A stretch of 49,846 nt of DNA, counting the filler, from Jimgerdemannia flammicorona (lineage: Eukaryota), in the NCBI GenBank assembly GCA_003990765.1. It is 2 parts of 2 records of this genome, joined end to end, with 100 filler letters (N's around TTAATTAATTAA, not from the genome) between each part and the next. Parts side by side here need not be neighbours in the genome. Positions count along the whole stretch, not along the records: positions 1 to 24,875 come from RBNJ01000908.1; 1 more part is not named here. One strand, written 5' to 3'. Position numbers and translations under genes: made by a program. The notes beneath the pieces were generated by a model that did not search any database, was not told the origin of the DNA, and saw only the letters and a program-made list of their open reading frames with translations. Within the stretch, counting starts at the first letter, position 1. Each line of letters opens with the position of its first letter. Positions 10,901 to 23,229 of the stretch are shown here, in pieces.

Positions 10901-13849
10901 GTAGACTGAGGACATTTAACTGAGGGTAGAGAGCTGAAGGCAGAAAGGTACCCCAGTTAGTATCTAGTAGATGAGGATGAAAGAGATGGTCAGGATCTAC
11001 TGGAGTGAGGCTGGTAAGGAGGCTGAGAAGCAGAGGAGGCAATGGGTGAGATAGGCTTCTGTTAGACTAGCTAGGCTCTTAGAAGATTAGGCAGAGCTAG
11101 TGATGTTGGAGGGGAGAGAGAATTGGAGATTAATGAGGACAAAAATGGAGATTGGAGAATTACAACAAGTATTGCAGGAAGAGGAAGAGGCAAGGGTGCA
11201 GAGCTTAGTGGTATGGCTTCATTGGCAGGGTTTGAAGGAGAGAGAAAGGCCCTCAAAGTACCTCATGAGGGCTCTTTAGGTGAGAAGAGTACAGCAAAGA
11301 TAGGAGGGGGTACTTGACTCTGATGATATACTGGTGCATGGTATACAAGACATTCTTGGATTGTTAAAGAAGTGATAGAGTAGATTATGGAGTGAGGAGG
11401 AGGGTAGAGTGGATGCTGCTGCCATTGATCAGATATTGGAGGATTGGCACCCCCTACAGACAGATGGACTGGGTGACTTAGTATTGCCAGTACAAGAGAA
11501 AGAGATCCACCAGGTTCTTGCTATGACAACACTGAGCATAGTACCTGAGAAGGATGGTCTGCCCTAGGACTTCTGAAAGAAGATGGTGAGAATTCCAGGA
11601 GTACTAGGTGAGATAATAGTATTGTGTGATTTTATACTACAGTCAGAGAGATGGGTGAGAGAGCAGAATCTGGAGCTGGTGATGCTACTTTACAAGAACA
11701 AGAGAAGAAGAGAGGACTGGAAGAACTGGTAGCCAATTATACTGCTGGATATGGACAGAAAGTTGGTGACTAAGGTGGTGGTCGCAAGGATACAAAAGGT
11801 AGCCCAGTAAGTCTTGGGTATTGAACAGAGGAGCTTTGTAGGAGGCTGGCTCATTAGGGATGGTACAGCCTGGGTACATAGAGTTATTGAAGGGGTACAA
11901 GCTTATAGACTGGATGGGCAACTAGTCTTTTTAGACTAGGAGAAGGCTTATGACTGGGAGTGATAAGTCTGGCTGGTGAAAGTATTAGATAGGACTAGTA
12001 TACTATACCAGTTCTGGTCTATAATGATCAGCCTACTGGAAGGAAGTTGGGCTGCACTCATGTGTAATAGACATAGAGAGGTGTCATTTCTCCTGAGTAG
12101 GGGTGTGCCCCAGAGAGACCCACTGTCTCTCATTCTATATACTCTTTCCCTAGAACCTCTAATGGATAGAATCAGATGAAAGATAGTGGGGCTCTCAGTC
12201 TTTGGAATTAGGTGGAAAGTTGGGGTCTTTGCAGATAACATGGTAGTAGCCTGAGATCAATTGCTGATATTGAAGAGCTCAAGAAGACAGTGGAGTAGTA
12301 TGAGGAGAACTCTGGGGCTAAACTCAATTGATATAAGTGTGAAATAATAGTGTTAGGCAATGGCCTAGTGGGAGGGAATGTTATTGGAACAATTGTATCT
12401 ACTGAAGAGATAGTGTAGTACTTGGGTATCTATTTGTCAGTATATGGGTCAGTCCTACCAAGACTTTGGTGGGAGCAGAGAGTTGTAATCTGGGGGGAGG
12501 CCCTGTAGAGTTGGGGAGGTTGCCACTTGTCTTTAGTGAGGCATATCTCAATTTTGAACATCTATTGACTACTGAAGTTGTGGTATCTGGCTTATCATCT
12601 GGACTTCCCAGCCTAGGTGGTGAAGAGACTGATGAAGCTGGCCAAGGGGTGGATCTGGGCTAGAAGGAGGAGTCAGATCAATTGGGAGGTCTTATCCTTA
12701 CTGGTGGTAAGAGGAGGACTTGGGCTGGTTGACTTTCCAAAGAGGCTGTACTGCTTGCAAGCATAGTGATTAAAGAGATTAGTGGAGTTGAGAGGGGGTG
12801 ACTGGGTCTCCCTATTACAGAAGGTCTAGGAGATGAGGTCCTTATCAAGAGGTTCAATAGATGATCTACTATCCTTGATTGGGCTTTAGAATACTGGAAA
12901 ATTGAGATACAAAGGCTTCTGGTAGGGGATAGCAGAGGGGATGCATTACATTAAAATTCATTAGTAGAGAAATGAAGGAGAGGTGGCTTGGGACCTGGTG
13001 ATGTAGAGATGGGACCAAGTGCTGCTGGGAGATATTCCCTTAATTGAGTTCAATATTAGTAATGGGATAGAATGCCAAAGGAGACCAGACCAGGATCTGT
13101 AGTCTAGTGGATAGCAGTTAGTGGGTATCAGAGAGGAGTAGAACTAGTATGGAGTTTGGGCCTGGAGTGCTGAGGTGAGAAGATGAATACTGCTGAAGTA
13201 CTAGGTGATCTGATAACACATGCTAAGGAGGAATGTAATGCTCAACTTCCACTCAGGGCACCTTATTGAGGGGGGTTGCTTTAACTATGAGGAGTACCAC
13301 AATGTAGGACAGAAAGGGGGATATGTACAGATATCTGAATATTGGCTAGAAGAATATAAGGTACTTAGTAACTTTTGGCAGACTATTGGGAATTATTTGG
13401 GAGTAGTGTGTAGGGGATATGGCACATAGAGTCAGTGAGAGGATTTGAGAGATAGACTGGTGGAGAGAGTGGAGAAGGAGTGGCTTACCTTAGGTTGGAT
13501 TTTGGTGATTTGGGTGGGGCTGGCCAGTTACTGGTTATTTGTTTTTGAGGATGAGAGGAGACTGGGCTTGGGGGTCTAGCTGTTGCAATGGCATAGGCTT
13601 ATGGAAGACACTTTGATGGGCTGGTGGCTTGGTTGGAGTTTGCAGGGTAGTTGGAGGCATTGTTTAGTAGAGAAGGTCTGTGGGCAGAGTGGGGGAAGGA
13701 TTGGAGTAGTGGGTAAAAAGATAGTCTTTATTTATAATGATATGAGAAGAGGCTCTTCTATGGAGATAAGATAGTGGGAGGTGATACTGTAACCTTATTA
13801 ATAGACTAGTAATAAATGGTAAAGTCCAAGTAACTATAAAAAAAAAAAA
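7983..13849 (+). mobile_element. Full-length but inactivated L1/Tx1-type LINE (ORF1, ORF2 APE-RT, poly-A, ~12-bp TSD)
   Basis: The 5' UTR matches the LINE 5' ends at 20604 and 25417. The ORF1 start codon has decayed to ATA (8066). ORF2 begins at 10125. AATAAA precedes an A-tail at 13838-13849. The TSD is ATATTCTTAAGA (7971-7982) and ATATTCTTAAAA (13859-13870), and the Gypsy-A integrase sequence resumes after it. Confidence 0.9.
10125..13770 (+). pseudogene. LINE ORF2 (AP endonuclease + reverse transcriptase), many nonsense codons
   Basis: Endonuclease motifs MNNTINIFSLNVNGL, DLFLLQ, VLGGDFN, RIDWIL and SDY. RT motifs LD*EKAYD, GVPQRDPLSLILYTLSLEPL, VFADN and YLGI. The 3' end is approximate. 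Confidence 0.88.
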
Positions 13850-14587
13850 TATATATATATATTCTTAAAAGTCTTATTAGTTCTTTTTGTTTATTTATTT
13901 CTCTAAAAGTAATAGACAGTAATCAAATATACTAGATCCCTTTATAGTCAGAGGTTCAGTGATATGCTACTATCTCTTTGAGCAGTACCAGTAATCTTGA
14001 GTACTGTTATAGTACTTTAGTTATTGGTTATAGTACTTCTTGAGTCAGTTTTAATAGATAGTAGTGGGGATTATTATGCCTAAGAGCTTTTGTAGCCAAA
14101 AGATAGTTCCTTTTATATCTTACACAAGGTAAGATCCTTCCTACTTAGGCTCTAGTTTTTATGACTATGAAGCTTCTACTATATTCTGATATATCAGGAC
14201 TTTGTCTCCTATCTTAATAATCTCTAGAGACTTGTAAATCTTCTCCGCACTATTCTGTTATATCTTAGTTATATAATTCTTAGTCTTCTTCCTGATTTGA
14301 TATAGTCTCTATATCTCTATATCTATGTATTTCTATATAATATCTTCATTAGACAATAAGGTTCCTTGAGAACTCTAAACAGTATCTCTTGAGAGATAAA
14401 ATAGATACTTTGTAATCAGATATTCTGAAGAGCAGATAATGCTATTGACAGATAGTGATCTCAGTTTTTATAGTTATTACAGATCTTAGCAATGACATTC
14501 TTGAGAGTCTTGTTGATCCTTTCTACTTGTCTATTTCTCTGAGAGTGATAGGCTATAGTCCAAATATACTAGATCTTATACTTTTTG

Positions 14588-14722
14588 AGGAGAGGATTGA
14601 AATAGTGGGTGAGAAGATAGTCTTTATTTGTAATGATGTAGAGAGAGGCTCCCCTATGGGGATTGGGTAGTGAGAGGAGATACTGTAAACTTTTAATAGA
14701 CTGATAATAAATGGTAGAGTCC

Positions 14723-14758
<36 letters not shown>
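14588..14758 (+). mobile_element. 5'-truncated LINE copy (~140 bp plus A32 tail) with 17-bp TSD, inside the Gypsy-A integrase
   Basis: Matches the LINE 3' end at 13697-13832. Poly-A runs 14727-14758. AGATCTTATACTTTTTG is duplicated at 14571-14587 and 14760-14776, and the integrase peptide KKYKI is duplicated accordingly. Confidence 0.95.
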
Positions 14759-14761
<3 letters not shown>

Positions 14762-16879
14762 ATCTTATACTTTTTGTAGAAAACCTCAAAGAACTGGTTC
14801 ATGAATTCTGTTCCTCTATCTGTTGTTACTTGTATTGGGGTCTTGAATTAACAGATAATTTCTTTATAGAAGAAATCAGTAATTAACTATATGTTGGCTT
14901 CTTTAAGAGATTCTGCCTCTATCTATTTTGTAAAAAGGTCTATAATGACAATGATATATTGATTGTAATTCAAAGTCAAGAGTAGAGAGCTGATTACATC
15001 TATTGCCATATATATAAAGAATATTAGTTCTATGTATACTGATCTTGGGATCTGATTTTATTAGTCTTGCTTTTATTTCTAGTATCTGTTATAGTTCTTG
15101 ACAAATCATCTGATATCTTCTTCTATTTCTAGCCATCACATTATTCTTCTTACTTTTTTATAGGTATTTGTTCCTCCTAGATAGCTAAGTTTGTATACTG
15201 ATTTCATTGCTTGCTCTTTCTTATATTCAGATATAACTAGTAGCTTTTCTTTCTTTAGTATTTCTTTATTAGTCTTAAATTATTTCTATATTCTATTGAT
15301 AATCATTTATGTCTATTCTTCCAGATGTTGGGGGTATCCTTTACTATCTCAGATAGATGATAATTCTATAGTAGAGTTTCTTATTTATGATTGATTCACT
15401 GGTTGGGGGTCCTTTGGAGTATCTGTGAGAGGGTATTTATATTAGTATTGGTTTTTCCAAGATAATATATAATAGTTATATCATAAGCTTGCAACTTTAT
15501 AATCCATCTAATATAGATTTCTTTGGATTATCCAGTGGTCAGTAGTCAGATAAGGGCTGAGTAATTTGTCTGAATAGTGAAGTATCTCCCCACAAGATAG
15601 TAGTGGAACTTCTCTATGGCTCAGATGACTGTGAGATATTTTAACTTATGGAATTCATATTCCTTTTCAGCTCCTTGGATTCCTTGACTTAGATATATAA
15701 TAACATACTCTACTTTGTCTTTTTTCTAAGCCAGAACTACTCCTAGTTCTTATATACTCACATTAGTCTATAGAATAAATTCTTGAGTCCAATTGGGTCT
15801 TCTGAGGATAGATATTTAGCTTAGCCTGATCTTGAGTTCATCAAATGCTTTTGTTATCTACTAGTCCATTAGAACTTAATATTCTTCTTGTTGAGTTTAT
15901 ATATTGGATCTACAATATTAGAGAATCTCCTAATAAATCTACAGTAGTATATATGAAGTGAGTCCTATAAAGACTTGGGCTTTAGTAATAGTAGTGGACC
16001 TTAAGTATGCTGTTACTACTTGAATCTTAAGGGAGTCTGTGTATATTCTGTCTTGATTAATAATATGGCCAAGATAGGAGATCTCAATTTCTACAAACTT
16101 GCATTTCTTGAGCTTGATGTAAAGATCATACTTTCTTAGCTTCTCTATCATCTGCTAAATATATTGCAGATATTCTTCAGTCATTTTGCTGTAAATAATA
16201 ATATCATCTATATAAACCATCATCCATCTTCCTATATCATAGCAGAAGATTTAGTTTATCATTCACTAAAAGCCTGCTAGTGTATTATATATTCTGAATA
16301 ATATTCACAAATAGACATAAGTTCTATCTGAGATAATGAAGGCTGATTTTTTACTTATTACTTTGGTGAGGTCAACTGGTAGAATACTGAGTATAAATCC
16401 AAGATACTGTAGTACTATGCTTTATCTTCCAGAGTTATAAGGATGTCACTGATGAGAGGCAGTAATTGGCAATTCTTTTTTATAGTTAGATTGTATTTCC
16501 TATAATTAGTATAGAGTCTTGAGGCAAATTCTCCTGATTTGCTTTCTTTTTTCAGAGCTAGTATATCTAGTGAAGCCCAAGGACTACTGGTTTCTTTAAT
16601 GATACTAGCTTCTTCCATCTGCTTGATTTCTTCTCTGAGCTATTTACAATAGACTGGCAGGATTGGCCTTGCTTTTTGGTAGATTGATTCAGTATCTCCT
16701 ATATCTATATCATAGTAGTAGTGTTAAGTCTTTCTCTTGATATCCTTGAAGTCTGTGGCTAAGATATCCTCAAATTTATAAAGTATCTTCTTGAGTTCCT
16801 TTTTGAGTAGGAATTTATCTCTAATGGTATAGCTATACTTATTTGTAGTTTCCTCCTTCTTGTGATTCAGTTTAGTGAT

Positions 16880-17300
16880 CTTGGTACTAGCAAATACTCC
16901 TCTTCTTATGGATCTGAATTCTTTCTTTTCTCTTTCTATTTCCTCTAACTTCTTGACTTCTATGATCTTTAGCTGAAGAACTGTAAAGATCAACATCTGT
17001 ACCAATTAGTCCTTCTTCTTAATTAGAAATGGAATTGTAAAGTTGTGATTCCTAGCAATGAGTAGTATTTCTCCAATATAGTCTGAATTGATGACTTCTC
17101 TTTCAATAGTAATCTCACTCTTAGCCAGACTGCTTCTTGTCTTGAGGATCCTGATATGGTCTTTTGGAATAGTTATTTTCAGACTAGTTATAAGCAGGGT
17201 AGTTATTTGGGACTCTAGTATAGTCTCTTCAACTATAGTGATATTCATTCTAGCTATATTTTTAGACTTATATTCTGGTTGAACTATATCAGGGTGAATT
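16880..17300 (-). pseudogene. dUTPase domain of Gypsy-A pol (degenerate)
   Basis: ARMNI...LKITIPKDHIRILKTRSSLAKSEITIEREVINSDYIGEI...LVQMLI...RRGVFAST are decayed forms of motifs 1-5 (AGxD, RSGLA, GGVIDSDYxGEI, AQ, RGxGFGST). Confidence 0.85.
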
Positions 17301-19907
17301 TTCCAAATCTTGACCTTGATTTCTTCTTTATCATTACTGTTCTCTAGGAGGGCTGATGGTTCATCATCCTTTTCTTCCTCCTTCTCTTACCTTACCAGTT
17401 TCTTAAGGGCCTTCTGTCTTCTTTCATAGTAGATTTTCTTGATTCTGCTAATACACTAGTAGCAATCATTAATATACTTTATACAGTATATCTTGATTCT
17501 ATAGAGACAGACTTCTTGTGATGTATATCCTTTAATAATTCTTTTGTACCATTCTTTTTTACTGATCTATCTGACTTTCTTTTTCTTTTTCTATATAGTC
17601 ACTATATAGGCTTCTTCTTGTTTACTTTTTTCTTTCTTCATCTCAGGCAGTACTTCTTTATTGATATTGATGGGAATTCACATCTTCTGACCTCAGTAGA
17701 TGATCTGCATCTTCTGAGTATTGAGGTCAATTATTGTCCTGGTCTTATGAAGCCACTGATTGCTGATGAGTATATCATAGTTAGTAGTATTAATTACAAT
17801 CACATCCACTGAGATGGTTACTCTTCCAAACTTGATAGAGATATCTTGAATCTTTCTCAAAGATGTGACTCTTATATTATCTGCTGTGACAAATACCAAT
17901 TTGATTGCTTCTTCAATCTCTCAACCTAGGTAGTCTGCTACTTTCTTATTGAGGAGGCATTCTTCTACTTTAGTATCAATAATGGCCTTAAAGATTCTAT
18001 CTTTGATTTAACAGATTGTATAGGCAGATGTCTTACAATTGTCTTTACTTTCTTCTCCAGAGTCTTCTTGAATATTATTGGCCTCAGTTATTTTCTAATC
18101 TTGCTCTTTGGTTGTCTTGGCAAGTCTATATCTCATTTGCTATCTGAATATAGAGATTTCTGCCAGCTGGCCAAAGATTACATTGACCTTCTGTTAGCTA
18201 AGGTTTTTGATGATATGTATCATACTTAAAGGTCTTGGTCTTATAAAGCTTCTTCTTCTTTTCTCCTTTACTGGCTGGAGTAGTTTCTTAAATAATGCCT
18301 TGAATAGTCTATTCTAGTTCCATATCTTGATCTATTTCTTCATTTTGGTTTTCTGTAGTGGTTTTTATCTGTTTTTTACTAAGTTCTTCTTGGGTCTTCC
18401 TAGTATCTCTTATAGGGTTACTTGTGGATATTTTTCTTAATAGTCTGTATGGAGTAGACCTCTTATTCTTCTTCATTAGATTCTCTAATCTCCTTGAAGA
18501 TGATAGTATTGATCTGTTCTTTATTTTGAGTAGTATTGCTTAGCTGAGTCTTATATTTAGTTTTGTTCATATATTTATATAAATAGTAGTCTTCTTCTCT
18601 ATAAGTATAATAGGTATCTCTCTTTTTATCTGAGATGGTAGTAAACTTCTGAACTGAGTGATAGTCTCTTTCTCTAATTTCCTTTATCATACATATCTCT
18701 GAGATAGGCAGTTATTTCAGCAAACTTCTTGGTAAGTTTCTCTATAGGATTGCTGTTTTTCTGCTATTTGGTAGCTCTTGGCTGAGATATGTTTCAGTTG
18801 ATCACTGTGGTAAAAATCATACTAGTTGTCTTAAGTGCTTCAATTCTGACTCCAATAACTCTTTCTATTATATGATCTTATAGATATCTGGCTATCCAAT
18901 ATCACTGGACATAGGTGACCTTCTGTAGTAGATCCAGGACTACTAGTGATGAACAGATGGCCATAGTTATCTCTAAGTAGACTCTTTTATAAAGATTACT
19001 TCAGCTACTTGATCTCAGATAGCATTAGTATAATCTGTAAGGATTATCTGATATCAGATTCTAGTGTAAAATATATTTGAATTCTCACTTATTCCTTGAT
19101 ATATTATATTGAGCTGATCTTTGATCTTATCTATATAATAGATAGTTCAGAGCCAGGCCTTCCGTGCTGCTAGTACAGTATTATCATCATTTCCTATATG
19201 AGTTATAGTTGTTAATACTGCTCTTACTAGTCCTCAGAGACTGAAGAACAAGAGAGCTACTTGCTGTTGCTATCAGAGTCCTTACAGCAGATACTGCTTG
19301 AATTATCTAAAGTAATAAATCTCAGATTGAAATAGTTCAAAGTAAAGAGAAAGTAAAGAAACTAGTAAGCCTATAGGTAGATATACTTTGAACTTACTCA
19401 CCCTATATTCCAAGAACTCTGCAGAGTCAAAAAAGATCAAGTTTTCAAGATATAGAAATCTAATATACTTATATAATTATATATCTACTATATTATAACT
19501 TAGTATCTATTGACTGATGATTTAAGATGAATTTCTCACTTTTAAGCTAAACAATAAACAATCACTACTATTTAAACAAATCAAACTAAGACATCTAGAT
19601 AAGATAGATATAAGATACTAGTATTCTACAGATATATCTTAGATGAATCAATCATTATATTCATTGATGACTTCAGAGATATTTATACAAGTTTACTAGT
19701 TATAAGATGGGTGGCTAAGTTATAAGTTATTTTAATATTATTGAAATACTATATTATATTAGGTCTTCAATTTCAAATATTTTAAAATATTTAGAAATTG
19801 TTGAAATCAGTAACTGCTAACTATATAACTATACTAATTTAGAACTGATTATAATCAAATATCTATCTCTAATTCCTTCTTTCAAATTTGACTCTACTAT
19901 TACAATA

Positions 19908-20603
19908 TAAAACTCTGAAAGAAATACTATTATTTCTAATACTAATATCTTACTAAAGAAGATTTATTAAATTTTTTTTTCAAATTATTATATCAATTCA
20001 AACTCTTCTTAAAAAAGAAGTATATATAAATAAAAGGAACTATAAGAAATAGTTTTTAAAGAACTTAAGTATTATATAACTATAGTACTAATCCTTATCT
20101 GACCCAATCTATAAAAGCTATTTATCTTATATATAGATACTTCTAAAGATAGTAAGATAGTCTCAGAGTAGTCTTAGTCTAAGAAAAATCTAACTAGTAA
20201 TACTATATATATAATAGCTTATATAAGCTAAGCTATTAATCAGTAGTAAGTCAACTATAGTAGTATTAAATTAATATCTTACAGTCATATAGATAATTAC
20301 TCTATTCAAGCACTATCTTATCAGAAAAAGATTCACTCTAATAACTGACCATACTGCTCTCAAATAACTATTTAACTATAAAAAACTTATTGGAATTCTT
20401 GTTTACTAGATTTTAATCCTATAGAATTATAAAATTACTATTATCCATGAAGTAAAGAAAGTCTATAATAATATTAATATACTTTCTCACTAACTCTAAT
20501 AAACCAAAAGAAAGACATACCTAGAAACTATACTCTAAAGAAAGTTCTTATAACTATTAAAGTACATATAAGAAGATCTCATTTGATAAGAATATCAGAA
20601 AGC
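19908..20603 (+). mobile_element. Heavily mutated fragment of Gypsy family B (RT end and RNase H)
   Basis: Collinear with the reverse complement of ~27830-28505 (for example FILYIDTSKDS, LFKHYLIRKRFTLITDHTALK), but with most C changed to T and G to A. Confidence 0.85.
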
Positions 20604-22465
20604 TATCTTTCTCTATTATAATTTATATTATATAAGTCTTTTATAATACTTTTAATATAGTTTTTGGAGAAAATAAACTAGTAATATAACAATATATAAG
20701 AGTTCTAATAGATATATTGAGTCAAGTAGATCTGGGGTCTTTGACTAGTAATATATCAGATAAGAGTATAGTATGGAGATAGAGTTCTTTAGTAATAGAA
20801 GTAGATCAGAAGAGTAGGGTAAGAGTCAGCTATCTGGTAGAGGTAAAGGAGGATAGAGACTGATGAGTTTTACTAAAAAGGTGAAGACAGGAAATTGGTC
20901 TGATAGTGCTCAGAGTGACAAGACTAAAGTGAGAGAGACAGTAAGTAATGGGAGAGTGGGAGAATTATTGACTAGTAGAGTGGGTGTAGAGGCTAATAAA
21001 GCTGTAGCTGAGAGCAGAATGAGACTATCAGTAGTAGCATAACTGGGGATCTGGCAAAAAATCCAGATATAACTACTTTTTTTTATTTTTTTATTTAATA
21101 GACTCAATATTTAATAGATTTTATTAGAAAAGAATCTAGACTATATAGGCTAAAACTCTCCTTCACCATCTACCAGACATTACCTCTTATTAATCTAGGC
21201 TATTAAATTGTTCTGCAGTTCTATTATTTCCATTATATATATTAGATATGCTGATTCTTACTATATAGACTAGACTTATCTGTTTACTAGAGCTGGATTA
21301 TCATGACTATATATGAGAGTACATCTATATATCAGATCTGCAATACTAGAACTAAATAAGAAATAGCTCTCTGAATTCCAAATAAAGGCCTAAGATAAAG
21401 AAAAACCCCCCAATCAACTAACAGAAGACAGAATAGATTCAGAGTAGATGAGCAAAGAACTTACATATAAGACTCTCTCAAAAGGACTAATAATAGACTA
21501 AGGCTTGAAAAGCCCCACTCTTACTCTCTAAGTCTATAGGTCTTAATTATATTACTATATTAGTTTTTAGTTCTAATTGGATACTGCTAAATAAGGAAAG
21601 TCTCACTTCTCAAGTCTGTGGGCCTCAATTATATTACTATATTAGTTCTTGGTTTTAGTTGGATATAGTTAGGATACTAGTCCCTATACCACTCTACCCT
21701 CTGTCAGTCAATCAAAAGACCCTACTGAGATAACATCCACACTAATCCCAATGACTGCCCCTAGCCTGATACTCTACTGGTCTACTGTTATTGCTCTTCT
21801 ACTTACATATCTGTGACAGCCATCTTTTCTCCCATTCTGACTCTATCTGAAAAACAGTTACTTACACCAGAACTATATTTGCCAGAAAGCTCACTAAAGC
21901 TCAAAGAGCTCTACTATAGACACCAAGGACCTATAGGTAATCTACACTAACACTTGATATTCAAGGTCAGCCAACTCTATATATAGCCTGTAACATACTA
22001 AAATAATATCTTAATGATAATAGTAAAAGAAAAAAAACACCACACCAAAATGAATATACCCTAAATGTAGCCAAAGATACCAGAAACTATAAAAAAGTAG
22101 AAAAGCACTAATCTGATACTAATAAAGAGGCAACTCATCACTATTGTCTCTCTCCTACTACCCTGTAATAGATATAAAAAACCAACCCAAGGTAGAGAAG
22201 ATATAAGTTGTAGAAAGTAGACTTGAAAAGTTGCCTACTAAATCTTATAACTGATAAGATAGTGGAGAAAGAAGTGTCCAGATATAACTACTGATAATAG
22301 GGCTGAGTTGATGGAGCATAGAGGAAAGAGAGACTTAATAAATAATATTACAGATCTGGTGGTGACTCTATTACTCAAAAAGTCAATCTCAGAGTTTATA
22401 GTTACATTATACTTCTAGAGACTAGCAGTGATAGCAAAGATGATTCTGGTGAATCAATATAATCT
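20604..22465 (+). mobile_element. LINE 5' fragment (5' UTR and start of ORF1), interrupted by the 1.2-kb retroposon
   Basis: The 5' end TATCTTTCTCTATTATAATTTATATTATATAAG is a C>T/G>A version of the LINE 5' end at 25416. Segment 21050-21077 joined to 22293-22465 aligns with ORF1 at 8420-8605. Confidence 0.8.
21078..22276 (-). mobile_element. Non-autonomous ~1.2-kb poly(A) retroposon, copy 1, 16-bp TSD
   Basis: T-rich tail at 21078-21097. TSD TCCAGATATAACTACT at 21062-21077 and 22277-22292. It is the reverse-complement homologue of 35827-37012 from end to end. Confidence 0.88.
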
Positions 22466-23190
22466 CTCTAGAACACATCAAGCTACAGCCAGAACAGGTT
22501 AAGAAGAAAACAAAACCTCAACCCAACAAGATTGACTCTCATTCATACTCAAAATCTCTGCTATTGGTCACCGATTGTCAGGCTACACTGATATTGTGGA
22601 ACACTTCTCGTTACCATAATTCATTAACAATCCAACGTTTCTTAGATCAGACTCATTATGAGGATGGAGATAATGGGGACCTTGGGAGAGATCGCGAGCA
22701 GTGTAGCCTCCAAGATCAATTTCATCCAAACATTCTTTTCAGGAACAGGGAGACAATGCCACAATGCCTTAAAATCATGCAGTACTTTGAAGAACTCTAG
22801 ATTACCGAACCTACACCGCAGGGTATCATTATCTAAAGACAGGATAGATATTTGATCGTCCCACTTGTCTTGGAAGTTCGACAGATGACCTCATACCGCC
22901 GGCGTATATCGCCTCTCCTACATCTACGTCGGGGGGGCTCAGCTACGTAACAATAAGTACGAACCTAACATCCGCTGCAGCTCGTCTCTCATGGAATGCA
23001 GCAACATAGCCGGCCTCTTCCTACTAATCGCTGCATAAAAGAGCCAGCCCTTCCGCGCGAGCCGAGCATTGCTACTTGAAGTAATGTCGGTATCGCCTTC
23101 CCAGTTTTGTTGCTTAGACAACAAGAACACAGCATCATCGGTGCCCTACTGCGAGCCGATTGTTGTTGCGAGGACAACATCCTATGGTTC

Positions 23191-23229
23191 ATTGCCACCC
23201 TACGGTCCATCGCCACCCTACGGTCCATC
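23191..23229. repeat. 18-bp tandem repeat, ~2.2 copies, in a degenerate acidic-repeat frame on the minus strand
   Basis: ATTGCCACCCTACGGTCC ATCGCCACCCTACGGTCC ATC. Confidence 0.8.

Larger units (their letters stand above)
7185..19330 (-). mobile_element. Degenerate Ty3/Gypsy retrotransposon family A (gag-PR-dUTPase-RT-RNaseH-IN-ORF3); LTRs not recognisable; interrupted by two LINE insertions
   Basis: Minus-strand remnants: decayed zinc knuckle DTYYTYREEDYYLYKY (~18570-18620), protease AIIDTK (~17970), dUTPase (16880-17300), RT (SSPWAS, MVYIDDI, YLGHII; 15940-16620), RNase H (15450-15850), and integrase DRGTEFMNQFF...NRQVERINKTLK plus a GPY-like motif (14000-15400). Boundaries are approximate. 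Confidence 0.88.

Noticed and set aside
19380..19720. Possible RT fragment (ILDESIIIFIDD)
   Set aside because: A single short motif in heavily decayed DNA; likely TE-derived but not assignable.
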